Shown: positions 8,282-20,005, counted from the stretch's first letter. The stretch: DNA of 64,000 nt from Clostridia bacterium (GCA_017463865.1 JAFTOI010000019.1:10117-74116); one strand, 5' to 3'. Numbers and translations: made by a program. The notes: a model not told the origin generated them from the letters alone.

Positions 8282-9432
8282 TCTATTTTGACAACGCCGC
8301 GACCACCTTCCCCAAGCCCCCGACCGTCCGCCGTGAGATCGACCGCTGTCTGCGCGACTACTGCGGCAATCCCGGACGCAGCGCGCATGCACTGTCGCTG
8401 GCGGCGGCCGAGGCGATCTACGACTGCCGCGCCGAGGCGGCAGCCCTGCTCGGCGTGCCGTCGCCGGAGCAGATCATCTTCACCTACAACACCACACACG
8501 CGCTGAACATGGCCATCAAGGGCCTGCTCCGCCGGGGCGACCATGTCCTCATCAGCGACATGGAGCACAATGCGGTCTACCGCCCCATCTGGGCGCTGGC
8601 CGGCTTCGGGGAGATCACCTACGACGTCTATCCCACCTTTCCCGAGGCGCCCGAATGTGACACAACGGCTATCCTCAGCGGGATCGAGGAGCGGCTCAAG
8701 CCAAACACCCGCATGGTCATCGCGTCACACATTTCCAACCTATGCTCAGCCATGCTGCCTATTACCGAGATCGGAGCCTTCTGCCGGGAAAGGGGGCTGC
8801 TGTTCGTTGTCGACGCCGCCCAGAGCGCCGGGATCGAGGCCATCGACTGCACAGCTATGCAGATTGACGCTCTCTGCGCACCCGGCCACAAGGGGCTGTA
8901 CGGGCCGCAGGGGACAGGTCTGCTCGCCCTGCGCGAGGGCTTGAAGATGTCCACCCTGCTCGAGGGGGGCAACGGGATCAACTCGCTCGACGGCGCCATG
9001 CCCGACTTTTCCCCCGAGCGTTACGAGGCCGGAACGCTCGCCACGCCGGCGCTGGCCGGGCTTTGCGCCGGCATCCGCTTTGTGCGCGCACGGGGGATTG
9101 ACAGCATCCGCGCGGCCGAGCGCAGGCTCTATCGCCGTCTGCGGGATCAGCTGACCGAACTTCCCGGCGTCACCCTCTACGCCCCTGCGCGGGAGGGCTC
9201 TACCCTGCTCTTTAACCTTGACGGCATCCCCTCCGCCGAGGCGGCCGCGCGGTTGGACGAAGCGGGGATCTGCCTGCGTGCCGGCTTCCACTGCGCGCCG
9301 CTGGGGCATGCCACGCTTGGCACCGGCGAGGACGGCGCACTGCGGGTCGGCTTCTCGGTCTTCAACTGCGCAGAAGAGGTCGATGTGCTGGTACGCGTCG
9401 TGGCGCATATCCTGCACAAAATGCGGAAATGA
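8278..9432 (+). CDS. Cysteine desulfurase family / class V aminotransferase (PLP-dependent)
   Basis: 384 aa with a PLP-lysine region APGHKGLYGPQGTGLL and a Cys-containing C-terminal loop RAGFHCAP. Confidence 0.85.
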   Translation: MIYFDNAATTFPKPPTVRREIDRCLRDYCGNPGRSAHALSLAAAEAIYDCRAEAAALLGVPSPEQIIFTYNTTHALNMAIKGLLRRGDHVLISDMEHNAVYRPIWALAGFGEITYDVYPTFPEAPECDTTAILSGIEERLKPNTRMVIASHISNLCSAMLPITEIGAFCRERGLLFVVDAAQSAGIEAIDCTAMQIDALCAPGHKGLYGPQGTGLLALREGLKMSTLLEGGNGINSLDGAMPDFSPERYEAGTLATPALAGLCAGIRFVRARGIDSIRAAERRLYRRLRDQLTELPGVTLYAPAREGSTLLFNLDGIPSAEAAARLDEAGICLRAGFHCAPLGHATLGTGEDGALRVGFSVFNCAEEVDVLVRVVAHILHKMRK

Positions 9433-9440
9433 CCCGACCG

Positions 9441-9462
9441 GGGAGCGGCAAATGCCGCTCCC
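9441..9462 (+). terminator. GC-rich hairpin after the desulfurase gene (no U-tract)
   Basis: GGGAGCGGC-aaat-GCCGCTCCC forms a 9-bp stem. No T-run follows, so terminator function is uncertain. Confidence 0.35.
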
Positions 9463-9552
9463 TGGCGCTGTCTCTGGAAAACATTGTGGGTTGCAGGAAA
9501 GCGCATGATATGGTATCCTATATACAGACTTCCACGAGAAAGGAGATTTTCC

Positions 9553-10374
9553 ATGAAGAAGATCTTACGTTTTTGCGCTGCCCTGCTGGCAGCCGCGGCA
9601 ATGACGCTCCCGGCGTCGGCGCTGAAGCCGGTGACCGTCCTCTTTAACGGTTTGCCTGTCTGCGCCGAGCAGACCAGTCTCATCGACACGAGTACATATG
9701 TTCCCCTTCGCGCCTTCTGCGCGGCGATGGGGGTGACCGATATCGCCTGGGACGCCGAGACCGGCACCGCGACGGTGACCGCGCCCGGGTTGACCATCCG
9801 CGCGAAGGTCAACGAGGTGTGGATCGAGGTCAACGGCCGCGCCTTCCACGCACCGGACGGGGTCCGGCTGGTCGATGGGGTCATGATGATCCCCGTCCGC
9901 CCGCTTTCTCGGGCCTTCGGGCTTGATGTGGCTTGGGATGCCGAAACCGACACCGCCAGCCTGACCGAATCGGGGAGCGGCTGGGCAGCCGAGGCGGCGG
10001 CCGTTTACAACGAGGCTGACCTGTACTGGCTCTCCCGCATTATCTCGGCCGAGAGCCGAGGCGAGCCGCTGGCCGGACAGCTGGCGGTGGGCAATGTCGT
10101 CCTCAACCGCGTGGCGTCGGACGAGTTTCCGAACACGATCTACGACGTGATCTTTGACCGCAAGTACGCTATCCAGTTCACGCCGATCGCTAACGGCACG
10201 ATCTACAACGAGCCGGACGAGCTGTCGATCATCGCGGCCAAACTGGCGCTGGAGGGCTATTCGCTGTCGACCTCGGTGCTGTATTTCCTCAATCCCGATC
10301 TCGCCACCTCCTTCTGGATCCCCCAGAACCGCCCCTTCTCCTTCACGATCGGCACCCACGATTTTTACACCTGA
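9553..10374 (+). CDS. Cell wall hydrolase, SleB/CwlJ family (Hydrolase_2) with signal peptide and copper-amine-oxidase-N-like stalk domain
   Basis: The start MKKILRFCAALLAAAAMT (signal peptide) has an RBS AAAGGAG. The C-terminus YWLSRIISAESRGEPLAGQLAVGNVVLNRV...TIYDVIF is an SleB-type catalytic domain. Confidence 0.8.
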   Translation: MKKILRFCAALLAAAAMTLPASALKPVTVLFNGLPVCAEQTSLIDTSTYVPLRAFCAAMGVTDIAWDAETGTATVTAPGLTIRAKVNEVWIEVNGRAFHAPDGVRLVDGVMMIPVRPLSRAFGLDVAWDAETDTASLTESGSGWAAEAAAVYNEADLYWLSRIISAESRGEPLAGQLAVGNVVLNRVASDEFPNTIYDVIFDRKYAIQFTPIANGTIYNEPDELSIIAAKLALEGYSLSTSVLYFLNPDLATSFWIPQNRPFSFTIGTHDFYT

Positions 10375-10380
10375 AAAGAA

Positions 10381-10410
10381 CCGCGGCAGACTGCTCTGCC
10401 GCGGCATTTT
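10381..10410. terminator. Rho-independent terminator between convergent genes
   Basis: CCGCGGCAGA-ctgc-TCTGCCGCGG forms a 10-bp stem followed by CATTTTT. Confidence 0.7.
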
Positions 10411-11814
10411 TCATTCGTCGGATTCCATTTTTTCGGGCACATCGGTCTTGCGCAGGACGCGCAGGGCCTCGTAGATACTCTTGACCGGGAGCAGCTCGAT
10501 GGGCAGGTCGAGTTTGCGCTTCTCGAGGTTGCGGGCGGGCACGACGGCACGGGTGAAGCCGAGACGCATCGCCTCGCGGACGCGGTTTTCGAGGCCCGAG
10601 ATGGCGCGCAGCTCGCCTGACAGGCCGAGCTCACCCAGCGCGATCAGCTCGTCTGGGACGACGCGATCGGTCAGCGATGAGATCAGAGCGAGGGCAACAG
10701 CAAGATCGGTGGCCGGCTCATCCAGCCGCAGGCCGCCGATAACATTGAGGTAAACATCGTTGGCCGAGAAACGAAGTCCCAGCCGCTTCTCGAGGACGGC
10801 CAGGATGAGGCACATACGGTTGTAGTCGATGCCGTTGGAATTGCGGCGCGGTGCGGGCTGGGGGGCCTGCGTCACCAGCGCCTGCACCTCGGCAATGAGG
10901 GGGCGGGTACCCTCGAGGGTGCAGACGGCGCAGTTGCCGCTGATCCCGTGCGGACGCCCCGAGAGGAGCAGCTCTGACGGGTTTTCGACCTCGCGCAGGC
11001 CGTGCTCCTCCATCTCGAAGACACCGATCTCGTTGGTCGAGCCGAAGCGGTTTTTGATGGCACGGATAATGCGATAGGCCTGCTGGCGCTCACCCTCGAA
11101 ATAGAGGACGGCGTCGACCATGTGTTCGAGCACCTTCGGCCCCGCGATGCCGCCCTCCTTGTTGACGTGGCCGACCAGCAGCACCGAGATGCCATCCCCC
11201 TTGGCGCGGTTGATGAGCGCCAGCGCGTTCTCACGCACCTGCGTGATGCTGCCCGGGGCCGAGGTGAGGCGGTCGCTGTAGAGGGTCTGGATGGAGTCGA
11301 CGATCAGCACCTCGGGCTGAATGGCGTCGACCTCGCGCATGACGCGGTCAAGGTTAGTTTCGGTGAGAATGTAGAGATTGCTCCCCTTCACGCCAAGCCG
11401 CTCGGCGCGCAGCTTCAGCTGCCCGCCCGACTCCTCGCCCGAGACGTACAGCACCTTCCGGCTGCGGCAAAGGACATCGGAGACCTGCATCAGCAGCGTC
11501 GACTTGCCGATGCCCGGTTCACCCGAGAGCAGTACGACAGAGCCGTGGACCAGACCGCCGCCCAGCACCCGGTCAAGCTCACCGAGCCCGGTCTTGGAGC
11601 GCATATAGGTGGGCATCTCGAGCTTGTCGTAGGCGACGGCATGGTTATCCCCGCTCGAGAAGAGGGCGTGCGCAGGCGCGCCTGCTTTGGGCTCTGGCTC
11701 GGCGACCTCCTCTGTGAAGGTGTTCCATGCGCCGCAGGTGGGGCACTTCCCCATCCATTTTGCCGTGCGGTAGCCGCATTCGCTGCAGCTGTAATAGGTT
11801 TTTCCTGCCTTCAT
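10411..11814 (-). CDS. radA: DNA repair protein RadA/Sms
   Basis: N-terminal zinc finger CSECGY...CPTCGAW, Walker A GEPGIGKST, the KNRFG motif and a Lon-like C-terminal domain. Confidence 0.95.
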   Translation of the reverse strand: MKAGKTYYSCSECGYRTAKWMGKCPTCGAWNTFTEEVAEPEPKAGAPAHALFSSGDNHAVAYDKLEMPTYMRSKTGLGELDRVLGGGLVHGSVVLLSGEPGIGKSTLLMQVSDVLCRSRKVLYVSGEESGGQLKLRAERLGVKGSNLYILTETNLDRVMREVDAIQPEVLIVDSIQTLYSDRLTSAPGSITQVRENALALINRAKGDGISVLLVGHVNKEGGIAGPKVLEHMVDAVLYFEGERQQAYRIIRAIKNRFGSTNEIGVFEMEEHGLREVENPSELLLSGRPHGISGNCAVCTLEGTRPLIAEVQALVTQAPQPAPRRNSNGIDYNRMCLILAVLEKRLGLRFSANDVYLNVIGGLRLDEPATDLAVALALISSLTDRVVPDELIALGELGLSGELRAISGLENRVREAMRLGFTRAVVPARNLEKRKLDLPIELLPVKSIYEALRVLRKTDVPEKMESDE

Positions 11815-11887
11815 TTCTCCATCCTTATCCCGGGCGTCGCCCGACGGTCATTTTTTGCTTCTATTATACCGCCAACCGCAGCAAAAA

Positions 11888-14327
<2,440 letters not shown>

Positions 14328-14334
14328 AGAAAAA

Positions 14335-14364
14335 GAACGGTGCAGCCGAATGGCAGCACCGTTC
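14335..14364. terminator. Rho-independent terminator between convergent guaB and HPr-like gene
   Basis: GAACGGTGC / GCACCGTTC form a 9-bp stem with an extendable inner GCC/GGC. A T-run TTTTTCTTT follows on the minus strand. Confidence 0.7.
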
Positions 14365-14386
14365 TCTCTTATTCGGGCAAGCGGGC

Positions 14387-14614
14387 TCAGGCGGCAAACT
14401 CTTTGAGTTCAGCGAAGAGCGCGTCAGCATCCTCAGTATGTGCAGTCAGCGTAATGGGCTTGAGCAGATCAAGGCTGAAGATACCCATGATGGACTTTGC
14501 ATCGACAATGTAGCGGCCGGAGGAAAGGTCGACGTCGATGTCGTAACGATTGACGATATTGACGAACTTCTGAACTTCCTGGATGGTGGAAAGGCGGATA
14601 TCAATGGTCTTCAT
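14387..14614 (-). CDS. HPr-like (PTS phosphocarrier fold) small protein lacking the His15 site
   Basis: 75 aa. VDAKSIMGIFSL aligns with the HPr Ser46 region (NLKSIMGVMSL). The GIHARPA active-site segment is absent. Confidence 0.65.
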   Translation of the reverse strand: MKTIDIRLSTIQEVQKFVNIVNRYDIDVDLSSGRYIVDAKSIMGIFSLDLLKPITLTAHTEDADALFAELKEFAA

Positions 14615-14647
14615 GGTTTAGATCTCCTTTTGAAAAAATTTACCTAT

Positions 14648-14676
14648 AGCATACACGATTTTTTGGGGTTTGTCAA
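14648..14676 (-). promoter_or_regulatory. Sigma-A promoter of the HPr-like gene
   Basis: On the minus strand: TTGACA (14676-14671), 17 nt, then TATGCT (14653-14648). Confidence 0.5.
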
Positions 14677-14701
14677 GAGATAATTTGTGAACAGATTTAT
14701 G

Positions 14702-14735
14702 CGATAAAGAAAAGGGACGGAATTTTCCGTCCCTT
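14702..14735 (-). terminator. Rho-independent terminator of the DUF4430 lipoprotein gene
   Basis: AAGGGACGG / CCGTCCCTT stem followed on the minus strand by TTTCTTTAT. Confidence 0.7.
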
Positions 14736-14751
14736 GATCGTTTTCTGCAAA

Positions 14752-15243
14752 TCAGCCGGCGTTTTCTTCGTTCTCAAACTCGCCTGCTTTGTCAAACCAT
14801 GCATCCTCTTCGCTGACATAGGAATACTGGTAGTACTCGATGGTGTCACCGGACTTGATGACGGTCTCGTTGGCAAAGCTCTTGAGGTCAGCGCTGTCGG
14901 TGCCGTTGAGCTTCCACGACCAGCCGATGGCCATGTTGGTGCCGGTAGCTTCGTCTACATAGGTACTGGTGCCGACATCACCGATCTTAGAGACAACACC
15001 CAGATCGCTTGCGTCGCAGGCAACCTCGCGGGCAGCGCACATCGCCTGAAGAGCCTCAAGAACAGTGGGATTTTCGCTTGAGAAAGTAACTTCGCCAAGG
15101 ACAACGGGATCGCCGTTGATGTCGGTCGCATTTACGGTAACGGTCAGTTCGGTGCCGGCGGTTTCGCCGCCGCCGCAGCTGACCAGCGTAATGGCAAAAA
15201 GAGCTGCGAGAAGCAGAAGAGAGAGCTTGCGTAAGGATTTCAT
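14752..15243 (-). CDS. DUF4430-like lipoprotein
   Basis: The start MKSLRKLSLLLLAALFAITLVSCGG has a lipobox LVSC and an RBS GGAGG. The C-terminus WSWKLNG...IKSGDTIEYYQY is typical of DUF4430. Confidence 0.65.
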   Translation of the reverse strand: MKSLRKLSLLLLAALFAITLVSCGGGETAGTELTVTVNATDINGDPVVLGEVTFSSENPTVLEALQAMCAAREVACDASDLGVVSKIGDVGTSTYVDEATGTNMAIGWSWKLNGTDSADLKSFANETVIKSGDTIEYYQYSYVSEEDAWFDKAGEFENEENAG

Positions 15244-15281
15244 TTGGGTGTTTGAACCTCCTGTAAAATTGTGATGTATCA

Positions 15282-15310
15282 AGTTTACTATAAAAAGTGT
15301 AATTTGTCAA
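15282..15310 (-). promoter_or_regulatory. Sigma-A promoter of the DUF4430 gene
   Basis: On the minus strand: TTGACA (15310-15305), 17 nt, then TAAACT (15287-15282). Confidence 0.45.
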
Positions 15311-15383
15311 GAGATTTTGCGCAAAAATTTATGATAAGATTCCGATAATGTTTTGTAAACTGCTGATGAAGCTTGACAGGCCG

Positions 15384-15938
15384 TCAATTCAGGAGCAGAA
15401 CGAAAAGGGTGGCGCAGATCAGCCAGATGAGCCAGATGAGATTGAGTAGCAGGACCGGGCAGGCCAGGCGTGATACGCGCACAAGGGCAATGAAGGCGCA
15501 GACACAGCAGAGGGCCGCCAGCGCAAGAGAGATCAGCGCCAGCGCCGGCGCACATGCGCCAAAGAAGAGCGGAAACCACAGGAGCCGGAACAGCAGAAGC
15601 GGCACCAGCAGCACTGTCCCGCGAAAGCGCGTGCGGAGGATAGCCGGCGTCGGTGCGGCAACCAGTGCGCCGAAGAGCGCACCAAGCAGAAAAAAGAGGA
15701 TACCACCGATAAGATACAGGCAAAGGCTGGACGGCATGCAGTCGGGCAGGCGAAGCAGATGACGGACATAGACCGGGCTGCCGATGGCGATGCGGCAGAT
15801 CAGGGCCAGCACGACCACTACGATGCCGCCGATCAGCATGGCGCGGCGGTTAAATTGCTCCCATTCGCAGCGGAGGAGCGTTTTCAGGGGAATGGTTCTG
15901 CGGCATTTGCGCTTCCCTTTTCGCGGAAATCGGACCAT
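15384..15938 (-). CDS. Hypothetical polytopic membrane protein (184 aa)
   Basis: Four to five hydrophobic segments and a basic N-terminus. The SD GAGGTGA lies 7 nt upstream of the ATG. No family was recognised. Confidence 0.55.
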   Translation of the reverse strand: MVRFPRKGKRKCRRTIPLKTLLRCEWEQFNRRAMLIGGIVVVVLALICRIAIGSPVYVRHLLRLPDCMPSSLCLYLIGGILFFLLGALFGALVAAPTPAILRTRFRGTVLLVPLLLFRLLWFPLFFGACAPALALISLALAALCCVCAFIALVRVSRLACPVLLLNLIWLIWLICATLFVLLLN

Positions 15939-15941
15939 AAA

Positions 15942-15975
15942 ATCACCTCACCGCAAATCTATGCGGTGAGGTGAT
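15942..15975 (-). terminator. Strong hairpin after the PBP gene, overlapping the SD of the next gene
   Basis: Perfect 14-bp stem ATCACCTCACCGCA / TGCGGTGAGGTGAT with a 6-nt loop, followed by TTT and then the ATG of the 15938 gene. Confidence 0.65.
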
Positions 15976-15986
15976 CGGTTATGCGG

Positions 15987-18710
15987 TCATTCGAGATCCG
16001 GATCGTTGCCGTCGGGGAGATTCGGCGGGTCACCCGATTCGTTCTCCTTGGAGGGATCTCCCTCGGGCGCCTCAGGCACCGTGGTGGTCGATGGCTCGGT
16101 GGTCTCGCCGTTCAGACGGGCGTGGAAGGCGTCGAAGTCGAAGTGGATCCAGCAGAAGGCATTGTACTGTCCTGCAGGGGCGTAGGAGAGGCCGCAGTAG
16201 GTCTTTTCCTCCAGCATGTTGATGAAGAAGGGCTCGCCGTTCCAGCCGCCGGGCTCGACGTTGGTGTCGAGGACGCGGTAGACGAACTGGGCATCCTTAA
16301 CCGTCACCTGTGTCGGGAAGGTGCGGTTCTCCACCTGGATCAGGCCGACCTGGATCACGCTGTCCGACGGGCAGGCATCCGAGGCTACCGCGCCGGTGGA
16401 GGTGTCGTAGTTGACCATGACGTGCACATCGCAGTATTCGGTCGGCTCGGTTCCCTTGGCAAAGTAGCAGACCTCAGAACGGGCTTCGTGCGAACCCGCG
16501 TTCCACGTCCACCAGACCGAATTGTTGCGCGGGTCGGCGCGGCAGGCGTCGGTCATCAGGAGGCCCGAATCCTTGCAGACCTCCTTGCGGACAACGGTAG
16601 AGGGCATCTCAAAGGTTTTCAGCGGCGTTGTACCGGCCTCAGCCTCGGCGAGGACATCCTTGTGCAGGCGGGTCATGACGGTGTCCCAGATGGCGTTAGG
16701 CGGGCTTGTGTAGCCCTTCAGCGGGGTAGTCAGCGACTTCGGGTACTCGTAGCCGTACCAGACGCCGCCGATATAGTAGGGCGTGTAACCGATGAACCAG
16801 CGGTCAAAGTCATTGGTGGTGGTGCCGGTTTTACCCGCGACATCGACCTGCTTGCGCAGGGTAATGCTGGTGGCTGTACCGTTGTTGACGACGTTGGAGA
16901 GCATCTTGGTCATGATGGCGGCGTTTGCCTCGCTGATGACGACGGTGCCGGCCGAATCGTTGGACAGGAGCACCTGTCCCTCGCTGTCGAGCACCTTGAT
17001 ATAGGAACGCGCCTCGTTGAAGACGCCCTTGTTGGCGAAGATCGAGTAGGCCGCCGTAATCTCGCGGACGGTACAGCCATAGTTGAGCTGGCCGAGGGCC
17101 AGCGCGGCGACGTCCTTGTCGGTGAGGCGGACGCCGTTCTCGAGAGTCTTCGACTCGATGAGGCTGGTCATTTTCAGCTTGTTCATGACAAAATCGAAGG
17201 ATTTGTCTAGCGTCAGCTTCTGCAGGACGCGGACGGCGACGGTGTTGACCGAGCGCTCGATGGCACTGTTGACATTGGTCAGGCCGCGGTATTCGGCCGG
17301 GTAGTTGTTCGGCCAGGGATCGGGTTTGACGATATTTCCCTTCTCGGGATCCAGGTTATAGTTGCCGAAATTGACCGGCACATCATCAAAGACCGAGGCA
17401 TAGGTGATGAGCCCTTCCTCCAGCGCCGGTGCGTAGACCGACAGCGGCTTGATCGACGAGCCGGCAGGGCGAACCGATTTGGTGGCGAAGTTCTGTCCGC
17501 GGTTGATGGTCTTCTCACCGCGCGCACCGGCTACGCCGAGGATATCGCTGGTGTAGGGGTCAATCACGATCATCGACGACTGCGCGGGCAGGCCGCTCTT
17601 GTTCTCAGGGAAGTTGGCGTCATCCAGATAGACTTCATCCAGCACCGCCTGGACATCTGGATCCATGACCGTGTAGATCTCAAGGCCTCCGCTCCAGAGC
17701 ATCTGGGTCGCGACCTGCATGGAATAGCCGGCCTCCATCAGATCAGCAAGAACGTCTTCGTAGACCATGTCGGTGTACCAGGAATAGATGGTCGACTCGG
17801 TGGTCGAGACCTGAAGATTCAGCTCAAGCTCTTTGTTGAAGTTTTCGTCATACTCGCTCTGGGTGATGATCCCCTCTTCCAGCAGGACGGAGAGGATACC
17901 ATTGCGCCGTCTGGTGTTGTTGTACGGGTTGCTGACCGGGTCGTAGAGCGAGGGGTTATTGGTAATGGCGATGATGGCGCAGGACTCAAGCAGTGTCAGA
18001 TCCTTGAGCTCCTTGCCGAAATAGGTATAGGCCGCCGACTTGACACCATAACAGTTGCGGGAAAGCGGGATGATGTTGAGATACATGGTCAGGATCTCTT
18101 CCTTGCTCAGCTTCTGTTCGAGGTCGAGCGCCCAGAAGATCTCCTGCACCTTGCGCTGGATCTTGTACTCATTCTCGCCGGTGACGTTCTTGATCAGCTG
18201 CTGTGTCAGGGTCGACGCTCCGAATTCCTCCTCGAAGCCGAGGGCGAAGTTCGCGACCGCCTTGACCGTGCGCAGCCAGTCGACGCCGTCATGGCTCCAG
18301 AAGCGCTTGTCCTCGCCGTACACGCAGGCGTTGATGAGGTGCTGTGGGAATTCGTCGAAGGAGGCGATCAGGTTGTTCGAGTCGCCGTAGAGGCGCTGGT
18401 CGACCAGCTCCACCGGCGTGCCGACGCGGTTGACGCGGTCTTCGTAGTCCATGTAATAGATCTTCGTGGTCTGGTTCGTCTGCGTCAGGACGAATTTTGT
18501 CTCGTCCACCTCGGTGTCAACGAAGTTTTTGACATAAATGGCGAAGGCACTGCCCACGATGATTCCGGTGATGGCCGCAATGAGCAGAATGGTGATGAGG
18601 ATGTTGAGCAGCCAGCGCAGGGCGGTCAGCAGCACACGGCCGATGATGCCGAAGGCGCGGGCGATCTCCCTTCCCCATCCGGTGTTTCTTCGCTTTGGCG
18701 TTTGATTCAT
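15987..18710 (-). CDS. Class A penicillin-binding protein (PBP1A family; glycosyltransferase GT51 + transpeptidase)
   Basis: 907 aa with an N-terminal TM. GT51 motifs EDKRFWSHDGVD and RKVQE, transpeptidase SxxK region and KTGTT. The C-terminal tail is low-complexity. Confidence 0.9.
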   Translation of the reverse strand: MNQTPKRRNTGWGREIARAFGIIGRVLLTALRWLLNILITILLIAAITGIIVGSAFAIYVKNFVDTEVDETKFVLTQTNQTTKIYYMDYEDRVNRVGTPVELVDQRLYGDSNNLIASFDEFPQHLINACVYGEDKRFWSHDGVDWLRTVKAVANFALGFEEEFGASTLTQQLIKNVTGENEYKIQRKVQEIFWALDLEQKLSKEEILTMYLNIIPLSRNCYGVKSAAYTYFGKELKDLTLLESCAIIAITNNPSLYDPVSNPYNNTRRRNGILSVLLEEGIITQSEYDENFNKELELNLQVSTTESTIYSWYTDMVYEDVLADLMEAGYSMQVATQMLWSGGLEIYTVMDPDVQAVLDEVYLDDANFPENKSGLPAQSSMIVIDPYTSDILGVAGARGEKTINRGQNFATKSVRPAGSSIKPLSVYAPALEEGLITYASVFDDVPVNFGNYNLDPEKGNIVKPDPWPNNYPAEYRGLTNVNSAIERSVNTVAVRVLQKLTLDKSFDFVMNKLKMTSLIESKTLENGVRLTDKDVAALALGQLNYGCTVREITAAYSIFANKGVFNEARSYIKVLDSEGQVLLSNDSAGTVVISEANAAIMTKMLSNVVNNGTATSITLRKQVDVAGKTGTTTNDFDRWFIGYTPYYIGGVWYGYEYPKSLTTPLKGYTSPPNAIWDTVMTRLHKDVLAEAEAGTTPLKTFEMPSTVVRKEVCKDSGLLMTDACRADPRNNSVWWTWNAGSHEARSEVCYFAKGTEPTEYCDVHVMVNYDTSTGAVASDACPSDSVIQVGLIQVENRTFPTQVTVKDAQFVYRVLDTNVEPGGWNGEPFFINMLEEKTYCGLSYAPAGQYNAFCWIHFDFDAFHARLNGETTEPSTTTVPEAPEGDPSKENESGDPPNLPDGNDPDLE

Positions 18711-18879
18711 GCGTATATCGCGCTCGTCTCTGACCCGGGCGCTCCCCCTTTGGTTGGTGATTTATCCTTATTATGCCGGGAAATGCAATGCTTATTATAC
18801 ACCTGTTTTTTGAATACAATGTGAATTTTGGGAAACAATACATGCAGAATCGTAAAAACAGGCAAAGGATCGTGGTTTT

Positions 18880-19284
18880 ATGTGGAACTGGAAAGAGATT
18901 CCCCGCCGGTACGCAGTGGCGGGCGGCGGGCTTATGCTTGCGCTGGCGCTGGCCGCCGCGGGGCTTGGCAGCGGGCTCGGTGCGCGGCATGAGGCCGAAG
19001 GTCTTGCCCTTCGGCTGGACACGCTGGAGCGGTCGACGACGACGCAGCTGGCGGCGCTGCAGGGGCTGATCGAGTCGATGCCGCCTCGTGCGGCAAAGGA
19101 GTATCTGGTGCGCACCTGCGAGGGCTTGGTCGGTGTCTACGACGGCACGGGTGCGGTGCTGTACGAGATACTCGACATCGACGTGCGCACCCTGCCCGCC
19201 GCCGACCGCGCGATGCTCGATGCGGGCATTCTCGTGACCGGCGAGGCGGCGCTGCGCTCGCTGACTGAGGATTACAGCAGCTGA
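18880..19284 (+). CDS. Hypothetical membrane-anchored protein (possible BofC C-terminal-domain-like fold)
   Basis: 134 aa with an N-terminal TM GGGLMLALALAAAGLG. The C-terminus is ...GLVGVYDGTGAVLYEILDIDVRTLPAADRAMLDAGILV. The family assignment is tentative. Confidence 0.45.
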   Translation: MWNWKEIPRRYAVAGGGLMLALALAAAGLGSGLGARHEAEGLALRLDTLERSTTTQLAALQGLIESMPPRAAKEYLVRTCEGLVGVYDGTGAVLYEILDIDVRTLPAADRAMLDAGILVTGEAALRSLTEDYSS

Positions 19285-19285
19285 G

Positions 19286-20005
19286 TTACTGCTGCTCTTT
19301 TTTCTCGGTGTCGGGCTTGACCGGCACCGGCGGCGGTGCCGGCAGGCGCGAATTTTCACAGCCGTAGACGAAACCGGCCAGCAGAAGCAGCAGACCTGCG
19401 CAAAGAGCGAACCAGTCGGGCGAAAAGACGAATTTCATCATCACGCCGGTGCCGGCGAAGGTCTTCTGCAGCAGATAATTGAACCAACCTGACACGGCCG
19501 AGAGGACGGGCGAGCCCACCAACAGCGTCAGCGCGCAGAAGCAGACCATGTCCGGGTTGCGCTTGTCCCCATATCGGCCGGCGGCGAGGTTGCCGAGCAG
19601 CACCGACACAAAGCGGCAGATGGGCGCAAGGACGAGACAGCCGAGGCAGAGCTGAACAAGGCCGGCGTATAACGCGGTCTTGACCGCGCCGGCGGTGACC
19701 CGCTCGGCGGGGACGGTCATACGGACGCCGTCGCCGAGCGTGACGTGGTAGACGGTGTTGCCGCCGCTGCCGGTCTCGGCGCGCAGATAGGGGGCGAGGG
19801 TCATATCCTCCAGCGCCGCCTGCATCGGCGCGATGATGAGCATGCAGACCACCGAGACGGCGGCAATGCCGATCAGCACGAAGAACGCGATGCGCAGCAG
19901 AAAGGCGAGCGGGCGCGCGACACGGCCGGTCGCGCGATAGGCCATGCGGCCGTTTTTCGGTGTCTTCTTTTTCTCATTTGCAAACATATCCGATTCTCCC
20001 ATCAT
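19286..20005 (-). CDS. Hypothetical polytopic membrane protein
   Basis: 239 aa with four hydrophobic segments and a Pro-rich C-terminal tail. The start overlaps the dnaE stop (ATGA). Confidence 0.55.
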   Translation of the reverse strand: MMGESDMFANEKKKTPKNGRMAYRATGRVARPLAFLLRIAFFVLIGIAAVSVVCMLIIAPMQAALEDMTLAPYLRAETGSGGNTVYHVTLGDGVRMTVPAERVTAGAVKTALYAGLVQLCLGCLVLAPICRFVSVLLGNLAAGRYGDKRNPDMVCFCALTLLVGSPVLSAVSGWFNYLLQKTFAGTGVMMKFVFSPDWFALCAGLLLLLAGFVYGCENSRLPAPPPVPVKPDTEKKEQQ

